Sequence record: DRR378314_1125
Direction: 5' to 3' (one strand)
DNA: 35,442 nucleotides
A program made the translations under genes and the position numbers. Positions 9,343 to 20,198 of this stretch are shown here, one piece after another. Each line of letters opens with the position of its first letter. Within the stretch, counting starts at the first letter, position 1. The notes below the pieces were generated by a model that saw nothing but the letters and a program-made list of their open reading frames with translations, was not told the DNA's origin and did not search any database.

Positions 9343-9648
9343 TCAGCGAATCGAAAACAACTGTTCAAAATTGGAAATTGACAGAATACGTCGCACATCA
9401 CTGTTGCAGTTTTCGATGCGTATCCGGGCACGGTCACCGCCCGCGTAGTCCCTCAGCAAAAGCAGCATGCCAAGGGCGGAACTGTCGAGGTAGGTAGCGT
9501 CGGAAAGGTCGACGATAAAGTTGGTCACATTATCGTCGCCATGTTCGTACGCATCACGAAACGCCTGATGGGTGCTGAAATCAAAGCGCCCCTCAATTTT
9601 TATGGTCAGGGTGTGGCCATCGTCACTGTGATGCGTATGAATCGGCAT
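9343..9648 (-). CDS. hsbA: STAS-domain anti-sigma factor antagonist, HsbA-like
   Basis: GRFDFS and YLDSSALGMLL (phosphoacceptor Ser); GGAGG RBS before ATG 9648; 101 aa. Confidence 0.87.
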   Translation of the reverse strand: MPIHTHHSDDGHTLTIKIEGRFDFSTHQAFRDAYEHGDDNVTNFIVDLSDATYLDSSALGMLLLLRDYAGGDRARIRIENCNSDVRRILSISNFEQLFSIR

Positions 9649-9772
9649 TCCAGAGCCTCCATGATAAACGTGCCGAATAACGGGGAACGACAGGTGTGCC
9701 CGGGGCACCCTGAAGTAAAGGATAGCTTAGAACACCGAATTTGCATCCGCCGTTTGCTATTTACCGGCCCAC

Positions 9773-10216
9773 TCAGCGCCGCCTGGCCAGTATCCGCCCG
9801 GCGGCTTCGTCCATCTGCTTCTGTTCCCGGACATCCAGCTCACGCTGCTCGTGCTTGCGACAGGTTTCAATGTATTTTTCCATCCCCCGGCGACGCTCCC
9901 AGGCTCTCTGCCATTCTTCCCGGCATGCCTGAAGCCGCTCCTCTGCCTGTGTCAGCAGTTTCTGTTGCTGAGCAATCACCTGATCCAACTGGGCGATGAA
10001 TGCCTGCCAGCCCTGGAGGCGAGCCACCGACACCACGCCCTTCTGGCTGCTGCGGATTTGTTCCCGGTATTCCCGCTGATACCGTTCGAGGTTTTCGATC
10101 TGCTGACGCTGGGCTTCGTGGTGTTGCTGTGCCTCCGCCATTTTCTCCAGGGCGGCCTTTTCTTTTCGCTCCTCCAGAGCCAGCACAACCGCAAGACGCT
10201 GCGACCTGAGCATCAC
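9773..10216 (-). CDS. fliJ: Flagellar export chaperone FliJ
   Basis: ~147-aa coiled coil ending REQKQMDE, directly after fliI. Confidence 0.92.
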   Translation of the reverse strand: MMLRSQRLAVVLALEERKEKAALEKMAEAQQHHEAQRQQIENLERYQREYREQIRSSQKGVVSVARLQGWQAFIAQLDQVIAQQQKLLTQAEERLQACREEWQRAWERRRGMEKYIETCRKHEQRELDVREQKQMDEAAGRILARRR

Positions 10217-11595
10217 CTACCCCCTCCATCAACCGGCGGCGGGGTCTTGGGGCGATCGGGCGAGCGCCGTTCCGGCACCACCGCCAGCAACTGCTGGATG
10301 CTGTCCTCCAACGGCGCACTTTCGTTCAGTCCTTGCTGCAGGAACTGGCCCATATTGCCGATATGGGTGATCGCAAAATCGGTTTCGGGATCCGATCCTT
10401 TTACGTAGGCTCCGACGCTGATCAGGTCCCTGGCCTGTTGGTAACGGGAGTAGACCTGCTTGAAGCGTTGGGCGCGGGAAAAATGGTCTGGCTCGGTCAC
10501 CTGGGGCATGACACGGCTGATGGATGCCTCCACGTCAATGGCGGGATAATGGCCCTCTTCCGCCAATCGCCGGGACAGCACGATGTGCCCATCCAGGATC
10601 GCCCGCGCGGCATCCGCGATCGGATCCTGCTGGTCATCTCCCTCTGTCAGTACGGTGTAGAAGGCGGTAATGGAGCCGCCTCCAGGCCGACCGTTGCCGG
10701 TACGTTCCACCAATTGCGGCAGTTTGGCAAACACAGAGGGCGGGTAGCCCTTGGTCGCCGGAGGCTCGCCCACGGCCAGTGCGATTTCCCGCTGGGCCTG
10801 TGCGTATCGGGTCAATGAATCCATCAGCAGCAATACCCGCTTGCCCTGATCGCGGTAATATTCGGCAATTCGGGTGGTCAGCATGGCGGCACGCAGGCGC
10901 ATCAGCGGTGAATCATCGGCAGGGGAGGCAACCACGACGGAACGGGCGAGCCCCTCGTCGCCCAGAATATCCTCAATGAACTCCTTCACCTCGCGGCCCC
11001 GCTCGCCGATCAGGCCGACCACGGTGATATCCGCGTTGGTGAAGCGCGTCATCATGCCCAGCAACACACTCTTACCGACGCCACTGCCCGCAAACAGGCC
11101 CAGGCGCTGGCCCTGGCCGACGGTCATCAGTGAATTGATCGCCCGGATACCCACGTCCATGGACTGACGCACCGGCGCGCGGTCCAGTGGGTTGATGATA
11201 TCGCCACTGAGAGACACTCGAGCTTCCGCCTGCAGCGGGCCTTTGCCATCCAGCGGTTCGCCGTTACCGTTGACCACCCTTCCCAACAGTTCCGGCCCTA
11301 CCGGAACCCGGCTCGCCACTGACAACGGCACCACTCTGGCACCGGGGCGCAATCCCTCTATGGCGGTGAGGGGCATGAGATAGACACGGTCGTCCTCAAA
11401 GCCCACCACTTCCGCTTCCACGGTACCGGCGCCCTGCCCGGTAATCACACAGCGGTCGCCGACCACCATCGGGCACCCCACACATTCGAGTGTCAGCCCG
11501 ACCATGCGAGTCAGCCGCCCGGACAATTCCGGCTGGGGTTCTTCGGTAAAATATCCCTGCAGTCGTGCCAGGCGATCAGCCAGGTGTGCCGTCAT
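10213..11595 (-). CDS. fliI: Flagellar export ATPase FliI
   Basis: Walker [42 protein letters not shown]. Start set at ATG 11595. Confidence 0.97.
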   Translation of the reverse strand: MTAHLADRLARLQGYFTEEPQPELSGRLTRMVGLTLECVGCPMVVGDRCVITGQGAGTVEAEVVGFEDDRVYLMPLTAIEGLRPGARVVPLSVASRVPVGPELLGRVVNGNGEPLDGKGPLQAEARVSLSGDIINPLDRAPVRQSMDVGIRAINSLMTVGQGQRLGLFAGSGVGKSVLLGMMTRFTNADITVVGLIGERGREVKEFIEDILGDEGLARSVVVASPADDSPLMRLRAAMLTTRIAEYYRDQGKRVLLLMDSLTRYAQAQREIALAVGEPPATKGYPPSVFAKLPQLVERTGNGRPGGGSITAFYTVLTEGDDQQDPIADAARAILDGHIVLSRRLAEEGHYPAIDVEASISRVMPQVTEPDHFSRAQRFKQVYSRYQQARDLISVGAYVKGSDPETDFAITHIGNMGQFLQQGLNESAPLEDSIQQLLAVVPERRSPDRPKTPPPVDGGGR

Positions 11596-12430
11596 GGCCT
11601 TCATCCTCTTCGGAGTCAAGCACATCGTGCCGGAAGTCGGTGAGGTCGCCCATCATGGCATCCAGCTCCTCGCCCTCGCCGGCGGCTTCGGTGTCCAGTT
11701 GCCGGTCCAGCATGCCTTGAACGGCTTTCTGGAAGCGCTTCTCCACCGTGAAGTCAACCAGACTATGACGGGTTTCCAGCTTGCAGCCGCCCCTGAGAAC
11801 TGAGGCATCCTCAACAATCGACGTGGCCGCCTCAAACCTCTCGGCAACGTCACTGACCCATTGATAGTCATCGGGGTGAATGTGAATGCGGACATTGTCC
11901 GAGGTGGACGGCAGCGCAGCCATAGCCCGTCGAACCACATCAGTAATGTGGGACGAATCCAGCGACAGCTCACGGAATACGACTGAGCGCGCAAGAACGG
12001 TGGTCAGGTTGACCAGCGCGGTTTCCACCTCGTCTTCGTGGCGTTTGATCGGTTCCAGTAATTCTCCAAGCAAGTGCTCCAGCCGATCCAGCTTGGCATC
12101 CACCTCCTTGCGCGTGTCCGCCAGCCCCTCCTGGGCGCCTTGCTCGCGGCCCTCGGCAAGCCCTGCTTCCAATCCTTCGCGGTGCCCCTGTTCGCGTCCT
12201 TCCGTGAGGCCCGCCTGATACCCTGCCTCTCGACCCTCAGCATGGCCATCCTCATGAGAAGCCCTGCGGATCTCCTCAATGTCAGACGCAGTCAGCGGCT
12301 TGACGTCGCGATCTTCTTCCTGCGCCACCTCATTCCCGCGCGCATCCAGCAGCAGCAGCTCCCAGCGCTCGTAGGCCGTGAGGTTTTCCTTGGGAATGCG
12401 ATCAAGGTTGCGACGGGGATCTTTCATCAC
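11576..12430 (-). CDS. fliH: Flagellar assembly protein FliH
   Basis: AYERWEL N-terminus, GxxxG repeats ([14 protein letters not shown]), IHPDD and RGGC motifs. Confidence 0.94.
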   Translation of the reverse strand: MMKDPRRNLDRIPKENLTAYERWELLLLDARGNEVAQEEDRDVKPLTASDIEEIRRASHEDGHAEGREAGYQAGLTEGREQGHREGLEAGLAEGREQGAQEGLADTRKEVDAKLDRLEHLLGELLEPIKRHEDEVETALVNLTTVLARSVVFRELSLDSSHITDVVRRAMAALPSTSDNVRIHIHPDDYQWVSDVAERFEAATSIVEDASVLRGGCKLETRHSLVDFTVEKRFQKAVQGMLDRQLDTEAAGEGEELDAMMGDLTDFRHDVLDSEEDEGHDGTPG

Positions 12431-13473
12431 ATCATTTCTTCGCCAGAACCGCCAAGGGTGATCTCACCGGCCTCAGCCATACGACGGGCAATGGTAATGA
12501 TGTCCTTCTGGGCAGATTCCACTTCACTGACCCGAACCGGCCCCTTGGCCTCCAGGTCATCCTGCAGCAGTTCCGCGGCCCGTTTGGACATGTTCTTGAA
12601 AATCTTCTCCTGAACAGCGTCGTCGGCGCCCTTGAGCGCGACGACGAGAACCTCGGAGGACACTTCCCGCAGCAACGCCTGGATACCACGGTCGTCAATG
12701 TCCTTGAGGTTATCGAAGACAAACATCAAATCCTCGATCGTCGAGGCCAGATCCGGGTCCATGTCCTTGATGGAATCCATCAAGCCGCCCTCAACACTGC
12801 GGTCCATGAAGTTCATGATGTCAGCCGCTCGCTTGACCCCGCCTATACGGCTGGTTTGAGCAGCAGAGCCACCGGAGAACTGCTTCTCGAGGATATCGTT
12901 GAGCTCCTGCAGTGCCTGAGGCTGGATACTCTCCAGAGAGGCCACGCGCATCATTACGTCCAGGCGCACCTTGTCGTCCAGCGTGCCGAGGATTTCCGCG
13001 GCCTGGTCCGGATCCAGGTAGGAAATAACAATGGCCTGAATCTGGGGGTGTTCGTAGCGGATAATATCCCCCACCGCGCGGGGCTCCATCCACTTCAGGG
13101 TATCCAGGCCCGTGGTATTGCCACCAATGAGAATACGGTCGATAAGGCTCGAAGCCTTGTCGTCGCCCAGGGCCTGGGTAAGCATGGTGCGGATATAGTC
13201 ATCATTGCCCACACCCAGGCCTGTCTGGCCACCTACGGCCTCGACAAACTGGTTCAGGACATAGGTGACGTCGTCTTTGCTGACGTCTTTCATCTGAGCC
13301 ATCGCCACGCCGACCCGCTGAACCTCCTTTGGGCCCATGTGCTTGAGCACCTCAGCGGCGTCATTTTCGCCCAAAGACATCAGCAGGATAGCGGCCTGTT
13401 CCACCCGCGGAATTTTGCGCTGGGGCTTTTGCGGCGCCTCAGGCTGGCGGTTGTTCTCTTCAGTCATCGACAT
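12427..13473 (-). CDS. fliG: Flagellar motor switch protein FliG
   Basis: AAILLMSLGE, EHPQ, MFVF, NMSKRAA motifs. Confidence 0.97.
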   Translation of the reverse strand: MSMTEENNRQPEAPQKPQRKIPRVEQAAILLMSLGENDAAEVLKHMGPKEVQRVGVAMAQMKDVSKDDVTYVLNQFVEAVGGQTGLGVGNDDYIRTMLTQALGDDKASSLIDRILIGGNTTGLDTLKWMEPRAVGDIIRYEHPQIQAIVISYLDPDQAAEILGTLDDKVRLDVMMRVASLESIQPQALQELNDILEKQFSGGSAAQTSRIGGVKRAADIMNFMDRSVEGGLMDSIKDMDPDLASTIEDLMFVFDNLKDIDDRGIQALLREVSSEVLVVALKGADDAVQEKIFKNMSKRAAELLQDDLEAKGPVRVSEVESAQKDIITIARRMAEAGEITLGGSGEEMM

Positions 13474-15160
13474 TCACCCACTGGCGCATCACCTGGGAGA
13501 CCCGTGCGGGGTCTTCCGCAATCAGGCCTTTCAATGCGTTCAATTGCCTATCATAGCTGTCTGTCGCGCCCGGCAAAAGCAGATCGTCCTGTGAATGCAT
13601 GGCTTCCCGCAAGGCGTCCCCACCCTCGATGCCGTCAAGGCCATCATAGCCTTCATCACCGCCGTCGCCCCTGCGTTCACTACGGCCTCCGCCGGACAGG
13701 CTTTTCAGGGTTGGTCGCAACAGGCCCAGAACCAGAACCAGAATGACCAAACCAGCGAGCACCTGCTTCATCAGGTCCCAGAACCACGGTTGCTCCCAGA
13801 ATCCCGGTGCTTCGAACTCAATCTGCTCTTCGGCGGCAAACGCCGTATTCATCACCGTAACACTGTCACCCCGGGCTGCCGAATACCCCACGGCATCGCG
13901 CACCAACATGGTCAGGCGTTGCAATTCCTGTTCGGGCCAGGGTTCATAGCTGACCTCGCCAGTCTGGGGATCCACTACTTTCATATCATCAACCGCCAGG
14001 GCCACGGAGAGGCGTTTTATACGGCCCAACTCCTGGCGGATATAACTGACGGTTCGGTCCATTTCATAGTTCCGGGTCGACTCCTCACGCACGTTCACAG
14101 GCGGCGCCTGAACACCGTCCTCGTCGTCGCCAGTTGCCTGTTCCGGAACCGTTGCGTCTGCCGGGGGCTGGTTGGAGAGCGCACCAGGTATGCCGCTGGC
14201 GCCACCACCGGCCCTTCGCTCGGACATCTGGCGCTCGCTGCGTACCGCTTGCTGTTCAGGATTGAACAGTTCCTCGGCCTGTTCCACCGACGAGAAATCA
14301 AGATCGGCCGTCACTTCGGCGCGGAAACGACCATCGCCCACCACCGGCCTTACCATGGAGGCAACGCGGCGAGCCAGGCGGTCCTCAACGCGGGAGGTGT
14401 AATCGTACTGGTCTTCAATCTGTTGACTGTCGCCGCCGTCTTCACGGCCGGTGAGCAGGTTGCCGCTCTGATCGACCACGGTGACATTGTCCTTGGTCAT
14501 TTCAGGGATGCTGCCAGCAACGAGGTTCACAATCGAAGCGATCTGTTCCTGCTCCAGGCGCCGGCCGGCAATCACTTCGAGGAACACCGACGCGGTTGGC
14601 GTGCGGGCATCCCGGACAAAGACCGAGCGTTCCGGAATCGCCAGGTGAACCCGAGCAGCGCGTACCGTGCGCATGCTGCCAATTGTTCGTGCCAGCTCGC
14701 CCTCCAGGCCACGACGGAAGCTGATGGTCTCCATAAACTGGGAAGTTCCAAGGCCCCGTTCCTGGTCCAGTAGCTCATAACCCATGGTCTGCTCGTCCGT
14801 TACGCCTTCGGCCGCGAGTTTCAGACGGGCGTTGTAAACCTCATCGGAGGGCACCAGCAATGCACCTGTGCGCGGATCCATGCGGTAGTCGATGCTGTTG
14901 GCGTCAAGAATGGTTGTGACATCCTGTGGATTGTAGCCAGACATATCCCCCACCACAGGCTGATAATTGGGTTCCTGGGCCCAGAGAACCACAGCCACGC
15001 CAAGGGCAACGCTGGCGGCGAGCCCCACCATCAAGCCTACCTGTCGCAGCAGGTTCAACCGGTTGAAGCCGAAAATCAGGTCGCTACGGCTTTCGCCGGC
15101 ATCGTCTCCCCGCGCCGCGGGCATATTCGAGGATGAGGTTTCAGCAGGTACGCTGGCCAT
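13460..15160 (-). CDS. fliF: Flagellar MS-ring protein FliF
   Basis: Two TM helices; GLEGELARTI, ARVHLAIPERSVF, GIPGALSNQPP, TRNYE motifs. Confidence 0.97.
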   Translation of the reverse strand: MASVPAETSSSNMPAARGDDAGESRSDLIFGFNRLNLLRQVGLMVGLAASVALGVAVVLWAQEPNYQPVVGDMSGYNPQDVTTILDANSIDYRMDPRTGALLVPSDEVYNARLKLAAEGVTDEQTMGYELLDQERGLGTSQFMETISFRRGLEGELARTIGSMRTVRAARVHLAIPERSVFVRDARTPTASVFLEVIAGRRLEQEQIASIVNLVAGSIPEMTKDNVTVVDQSGNLLTGREDGGDSQQIEDQYDYTSRVEDRLARRVASMVRPVVGDGRFRAEVTADLDFSSVEQAEELFNPEQQAVRSERQMSERRAGGGASGIPGALSNQPPADATVPEQATGDDEDGVQAPPVNVREESTRNYEMDRTVSYIRQELGRIKRLSVALAVDDMKVVDPQTGEVSYEPWPEQELQRLTMLVRDAVGYSAARGDSVTVMNTAFAAEEQIEFEAPGFWEQPWFWDLMKQVLAGLVILVLVLGLLRPTLKSLSGGGRSERRGDGGDEGYDGLDGIEGGDALREAMHSQDDLLLPGATDSYDRQLNALKGLIAEDPARVSQVMRQWVNVDD

Positions 15161-15175
15161 GGGTCCGCTCCGCTA

Positions 15176-15544
15176 TCAAACCGGCATATTCATGATGTCT
15201 TCGTAGGCCTTCACCACCCGGTTACGAACCTGAGTTAATGCCTCGAAGGAGATGGATGCTTTTTCAGACGCAATCATGACGCGGGAGATATCCATGTTGG
15301 GATCGCCCATTTCATAAGCTGTCTTCATATCACTGGATGTTTGCTGGAGCTCGTTCACCGAACCCACAGCCTGGCTGAGCATGTCGCTGAATGTCGGGGC
15401 GTCGGAGGTTTCCTGAACCCTGGAGGGGGCATCCATCCGTCCCCGGATGTTGTTGTCCTGCTCAACTCGCTGATTCTCCATCATCTGCGAGCGCATAGTG
15501 CGGATTTCTGAAAGGACGCTGTTGATGTCAGCACGCTGAACCAT
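15176..15544 (-). CDS. fliE: Hook-basal body protein FliE
   Basis: C-terminal QVRNRVVKAYEDIMNMPV. Confidence 0.96.
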   Translation of the reverse strand: MVQRADINSVLSEIRTMRSQMMENQRVEQDNNIRGRMDAPSRVQETSDAPTFSDMLSQAVGSVNELQQTSSDMKTAYEMGDPNMDISRVMIASEKASISFEALTQVRNRVVKAYEDIMNMPV

Positions 15545-15611
15545 GATTCACTCTCCCGGCCCGCCGCTAAAATCGGCAAGCCATTGACCTGAACGTATCT
15601 GAACAGGTCTT

Positions 15612-15627
15612 AGCAAACCACAGGCCA
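15612..15627 (-). promoter_or_regulatory. sigma54 promoter of fliEFGHIJ
   Basis: Minus strand TGGCCTGTGGTTTGCT (GG-N10-GC), with an AT-rich tract (15631-15660) just upstream. Confidence 0.82.
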
Positions 15628-15713
15628 ACATTAATTATTGCTTGTTTTTCATAATGTTAATGGACGATCAGAGAGGAAGAAAAATGACAGCGACGGTCTT
15701 TTGACGTGGGCAC

Positions 15714-15737
15714 AAAAAACGGCACCCTTGGGTGCCG
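15714..15737 (-). terminator. Intrinsic terminator of fleSR
   Basis: Inverted repeat CGGCACCC/GGGTGCCG followed on the minus strand by TTTTTT, ~25 nt after the fleR stop. Confidence 0.85.
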
Positions 15738-15761
15738 AACGAAGGAGCCTTCTGGCGGTGG

Positions 15762-17228
15762 TCAGGCGGCGGCCAACTCCGCATCCAGATCGATGCCAGC
15801 ATCACGCATCTGGGCCAGCTTGTATCGGAGCGTGCGCGGGCTGATACCCAGCTGTTCCGCAGCCCGATTGCGTCGACCGCGCTCTTTTTTCAGAGTCTGG
15901 ATAATAATCCGGAACTCTCGCTGTCGAACTTCGTCACCCAGCGATGTTGATGAGAACGCCTCGAGGTCTGATAGCTCTGACGCATCACGAGCAACCCCAT
16001 CCTCTCGCCAGGACGATTCCGACTCCGGCTCAGGTGTCGCGGAATGCGACGAGGCGGGGGCCGTTGTACTGGCAGGCCTGCTGTCCATCCGCCCGGTAAT
16101 TCCAAGCTCCAGGCATAGGTCGCCAGCATGGATCACATTGCCCTGATGCAGGACCAGCGCCCGCTGGATCGCGTTATCGAGCTCACGAACGTTGCCCGGC
16201 CACCGATGGGACATCAGTGCATCCCTGGCATCGGGGGCAAAGGTCACGCCGGTCAGCTTCATCTTGCGACAGTGATTTTTCAGCAGGGCATTGGCCAGTG
16301 GCATAATATCCAGAGTGCGCTCGCGCAGCGGCTGCCAGTGCATGGGGAAGACCGTGAGCCGGTAATACAGGTCTTCGCGGAATTTACTTTCCCGCACGTA
16401 ATCAGACAGGTCACGGTTGGTGGTGGCGATAACCCGCACGTCCAGGACAATGGTCTTGCGACCACCTACCCGCTCAACCTCACGCTCCTGCAACACACGC
16501 AACAGCTTGGACTGCAGGCCAAGGTCCATTTCGGAAATTTCATCCAGCAGGATGGTGCCGCCATTGGCCTGTTCGAACTTGCCCGGCGAGGAAGCGACCG
16601 CCCCGGTAAAGGCGCCCTTCTCATGGCCGAACAGAATGGCCTCCAGCATGTTCTCGGGAATCGCCGCGCAGTTGATCGCAACGAATGGCTGATCAGACCT
16701 GGGCGACTGCTGATGGATATAGCGTGCCAGCACCTCTTTACCGGTTCCGCTTTCCCCGGAAATCATCACCGTTGAGTCGCTGGCCGCCACCTTGGCAGCC
16801 AATTGAAACATTCGCTTACTGATCGGATCCTCCGCAACCGGTTGATCGCCGCTTTTCTGGCGGCCGCCACCGACCACTCTGGTCACGGCGTCCACAAGTA
16901 CGGAGGGCTCGAACGGCTTGACCAGGTAATCAATGGCACCGGACTGCATCGCAGACACCGCATGACTGATCTGACCATAGGCGGTGATCAGCATGGTCGG
17001 CAGACCGGGATACCGTCGTTGCACTTCATGCAACAAGTCGTGGCCGGACATACCGGGCATGTTCACATCACTGACAACCATATCCACTGGCGACTCGGCC
17101 AGTTGCGCCAGGGCCTGCTCCGCATCGGCGGCTTCGCGCACTCGGAACTTCGCCAGCTCCAGGGTCGTGACCAGAGCTTCTCGAAGGTCCTGGTCATCCT
17201 CAACAATCAGAATTTGGGCTTTGGCCAT
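15762..17228 (-). CDS. fleR: sigma54-dependent response regulator FleR (FlrC-like)
   Basis: REC domain, AAA+ [15 protein letters not shown]-terminal HTH LGISPRTLRYKL; downstream of fleS. Confidence 0.92.
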   Translation of the reverse strand: MAKAQILIVEDDQDLREALVTTLELAKFRVREAADAEQALAQLAESPVDMVVSDVNMPGMSGHDLLHEVQRRYPGLPTMLITAYGQISHAVSAMQSGAIDYLVKPFEPSVLVDAVTRVVGGGRQKSGDQPVAEDPISKRMFQLAAKVAASDSTVMISGESGTGKEVLARYIHQQSPRSDQPFVAINCAAIPENMLEAILFGHEKGAFTGAVASSPGKFEQANGGTILLDEISEMDLGLQSKLLRVLQEREVERVGGRKTIVLDVRVIATTNRDLSDYVRESKFREDLYYRLTVFPMHWQPLRERTLDIMPLANALLKNHCRKMKLTGVTFAPDARDALMSHRWPGNVRELDNAIQRALVLHQGNVIHAGDLCLELGITGRMDSRPASTTAPASSHSATPEPESESSWREDGVARDASELSDLEAFSSTSLGDEVRQREFRIIIQTLKKERGRRNRAAEQLGISPRTLRYKLAQMRDAGIDLDAELAAA

Positions 17229-17240
17229 GATTGCCTCCGA

Positions 17241-18488
17241 TCAGTTATTCTTTAGTGGCAGTGAAATGATGGCAACAGCGCCTCCAGTGGCCGGAGCATC
17301 AATCGCAAACCGCCCCTGGTGTGCTTTCACCACCGCCTGGACTACCGCCAACCCTAACCCGGTGCCATGGGATTTGGTGGTATAGAAAGCTTCCAGCAGT
17401 TGGTTCGCCTGCTCAGGCGTAAACCCGGGGCCGTTGTCCTTCACACGCACCACCAGCTCGCCTTCAGCGGACACAACGGCAACCTCAACGTTCGTCGCCC
17501 CCGCCTCCACGCTGTTGTTTACAAGGTTGGTACAGGCGCCAACCAACGCATCTCGATTGCACATCAGCGCTGCATTATCCACCTGGTTGTCCAACGCCAC
17601 CGCTACACCGGCAGGCAGTTTCAGTCCGTCCAGCGCAGAGCCCAGAGCTTGAACCAGGGTAGAGGCCGACAATTCCTCGGCCAGACGTGTCTCTCCGCGG
17701 GCGAAAATAAGCATGTCACGCACCTGCTGCTCGAGGTGCGTCAAACGGGACATGAGCCGGGAGGCGCAACGCTGACGCATTTCCTCATCCAGATCTTCCT
17801 GGCTGAGGTGCCCACCGTACAGTATGGCGGCTGACAGCGGTGTGCGAATCTGATGAGCCAGGGAGGCCACCATCTTGCCCATGGCGGAAAGCCGCTGGGC
17901 GTGGGCGAGCTGGGCCTGTAGATGACGGGTTTCCGTCAGATCCGTCAGCAGGATCAACTGCCCCGGCTGGTTTTCCATCGTACGGATTTCAATACTGACA
18001 CGACGGCCATCCTTGAGTGACACCTCGTGACCATCATCCCGGCGGGGCGCGAAACAGCGACGGATCACATCCACCCATCGCTCCCCGTCCAAAGGCTCTC
18101 CCAGCAACGTAATTGCTGCGGGGTTGGTCTGCGTTACGACACCCTGGCTGTCGAGTACCACAACCCCCGCTGGAAGTGCGTGCAGCAGCGTCGAGAGCCG
18201 GTCTGCCAGCTCTTCCTTCTGTTCCAGCTCTGCCTGGCGTTGCTGAGACTCCGCGGACAATTCCCCGGACAGCTGATTCACGCGGGACTCAAGCGTGCGG
18301 TAAGAGTCAGTAATCTGCTGTGACATCTGATTAAACAGATCCAGCGCCGTACCCACAGCTTCATCGTTCTGCTCCGGGAACAGTGCCGTTACCTTGTCAT
18401 TGACATCCGCCGCCGCATTGGCCGAAGACTCCCCACTGGCTGCAGAAGCCTTCTCCGACGACAAACCAACAAATTGCAACTGACTCAT
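17241..18488 (-). CDS. fleS: Cytoplasmic PAS sensor histidine kinase FleS (FlrB-like)
   Basis: H-box ASLAHQIRTPL, DNGPG, FYTTKSHGTGLGL; no TM. Start set at ATG 18488 (GAGG RBS, downstream of the sigma54 site). Confidence 0.92.
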   Translation of the reverse strand: MSQLQFVGLSSEKASAASGESSANAAADVNDKVTALFPEQNDEAVGTALDLFNQMSQQITDSYRTLESRVNQLSGELSAESQQRQAELEQKEELADRLSTLLHALPAGVVVLDSQGVVTQTNPAAITLLGEPLDGERWVDVIRRCFAPRRDDGHEVSLKDGRRVSIEIRTMENQPGQLILLTDLTETRHLQAQLAHAQRLSAMGKMVASLAHQIRTPLSAAILYGGHLSQEDLDEEMRQRCASRLMSRLTHLEQQVRDMLIFARGETRLAEELSASTLVQALGSALDGLKLPAGVAVALDNQVDNAALMCNRDALVGACTNLVNNSVEAGATNVEVAVVSAEGELVVRVKDNGPGFTPEQANQLLEAFYTTKSHGTGLGLAVVQAVVKAHQGRFAIDAPATGGAVAIISLPLKNN

Positions 18489-18556
18489 AAACTCGCCCTC
18501 TGACCGGGCCTCAAACCCGGCCCACACCAATCGGATGGATCGTTTGGACAAGACTA

Positions 18557-18572
18557 AGCCAGCACTGTGCCA
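18557..18572 (-). promoter_or_regulatory. sigma54 promoter of fleSR
   Basis: Minus strand TGGCACAGTGCTGGCT (GG-N10-GC). Confidence 0.8.
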
Positions 18573-18653
18573 ACTTTGGTTTTTGGTTATTTTTCAACAG
18601 GAAGGAGAAAACGCGAAACCGCAAACGACGGGTTTCCGTCACCCAGAAACAAC

Positions 18654-18688
18654 GATGGCGCCGAAGGTTACAAACCTTTGACGCCATC
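18654..18688 (-). terminator. Probable intrinsic terminator of fleQ
   Basis: Minus strand GATGGCGTCAAAGGTT-TGT-AACCTTCGGCGCCATC (long near-perfect stem) then GTTGTTTCT. Confidence 0.7.
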
Positions 18689-18714
18689 ATAAACCGACTT
18701 CTGGAAGGGATTGA

Positions 18715-20166
18715 TCAGCCTTCCTCGGACTCCTCATCGCGGAGCCCATACTTCCGTACCTTCTCCACGAGCGTTGTGCGCCGGATGCGCAACTTCTCCG
18801 CCGCACGGGCGACCACGCCACCTGCTTCATCCAGCGCCTGCTGAATCAGTTGTTTCTCAAGATTGGACAGGTAATCCTTCAGATCAATCCCGTTCACCGG
18901 CAACAGAGCCGGGGCATCCAACCCAACCAGCCCCGGAATACCGGACGGCATTCCCGAATCCTCTACCGGCCGATTCTCATCGTAGTCATCCACATAGCGG
19001 AACTTCTTGGGTAATTCCTGCACCCCAATAACGCCGTAGGGGTGCATAATCGCCAAGCGTTCCACCAGGTTCGCCAGTTCCCGGACATTACCGGGCCAGT
19101 CATGGCGACAAAGACTCATGATCGCCGCCGAGTTAAGCCGGAGCGAGCCACGCTTTTCCTTCTCCATTCGCGAAATCAGCTCGTTGATGAGCAGCGGGAT
19201 GTCTTCCACACGATCACGTAAAGCGGGCATTTCGATGGGAAAAACGTTCAGGCGGTAATAGAGATCTTCGCGAAAGTCGCCCGTCTCAATCATGTCTTCG
19301 AGGTGCTTATGGGTTGCGGCGATAACCCGGACATCGGCTGACTGGGTTCGATTACTGCCCACACGCTCGTAGGTTCGCTCCTGCAGAACCCGCAGAATCT
19401 TAACCTGCATGTTCAATGGCATATCGCCGATCTCGTCCAGAAACAGGGTGCCGCCCTCGGCCAGTTCAAAACGGCCTACCCGGGAAGTGATGGCACCGGT
19501 GAAAGCCCCCTTCTCATGGCCGAACAACTCGCTCTCCAGCAATTCCGCCGGAATGGCGCCACAGTTGACGGGCACGAAGGGCTTGTCACGGCGGGAGGAA
19601 TGGTAATGGAGGTTGCGGGCCACCACCTCCTTGCCGGTGCCCGACTCGCCGGTAATCAAAACGCTCACATCCTTGTCGGCCACCTGCTCCATGAGCTGGC
19701 GCACCGACTGCACCTTGCGGCTCGTGCCCACAAGGCTGCGGAAGAGCTGAAGCCCCCGCTGCTGGCCCCGTTCGCGAGAGCGGGCAAACTGGTCCCGGTA
19801 GATCTGTGCGCGGTAGAGAGAGTCCACAAACTTGGTGTAGTTGAGCGGCCATTCCATGCGGGCAATCACCCGGCTGGCTTCGTCGTCCGACAGGCCTTCC
19901 AGATCCGGGTCACCGACCAGCAACAGCGGCACCCCCTTGGCGACCGAGCATACCGTGGAGATGGCCACGGCTGCGCCATCGTCCTCGCCATTGACCACAG
20001 CAACGGATATCGACTCCATGTCGTCGACGTCATCGCTGTTCAGCAGGGAATGGGCATCGGCGCCAGCGACGATGCCCTCTTCGCCGATAAACTCCAGAAT
20101 GGTGGAAATGTCACGTCTTTTCGCGTCGTCCTCGCTGAGCACCAGCACCTTGTTATTCTTCGACAT
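18715..20166 (-). CDS. fleQ: Flagellar master regulator FleQ (FlrA-like)
   Basis: Degenerate REC-like N-terminus, [26 protein letters not shown]. c-di-GMP-binding motifs known from P. aeruginosa FleQ are retained (LFRS, ExxxR in ELISR). Confidence 0.95.
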   Translation of the reverse strand: MSKNNKVLVLSEDDAKRRDISTILEFIGEEGIVAGADAHSLLNSDDVDDMESISVAVVNGEDDGAAVAISTVCSVAKGVPLLLVGDPDLEGLSDDEASRVIARMEWPLNYTKFVDSLYRAQIYRDQFARSRERGQQRGLQLFRSLVGTSRKVQSVRQLMEQVADKDVSVLITGESGTGKEVVARNLHYHSSRRDKPFVPVNCGAIPAELLESELFGHEKGAFTGAITSRVGRFELAEGGTLFLDEIGDMPLNMQVKILRVLQERTYERVGSNRTQSADVRVIAATHKHLEDMIETGDFREDLYYRLNVFPIEMPALRDRVEDIPLLINELISRMEKEKRGSLRLNSAAIMSLCRHDWPGNVRELANLVERLAIMHPYGVIGVQELPKKFRYVDDYDENRPVEDSGMPSGIPGLVGLDAPALLPVNGIDLKDYLSNLEKQLIQQALDEAGGVVARAAEKLRIRRTTLVEKVRKYGLRDEESEEG

Positions 20167-20198
20167 CCAAACGAATCTCTTGCGGGGATTTGTGCGGT

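Noticed and set aside
9649..9772. Possible sigma28 promoter and GTGCCC-G-GGGCAC palindrome upstream of hsbA
   Set aside because: No GCCGATA-type -10 on the minus strand; the palindrome is short, GC-rich and has a 1-nt loop.
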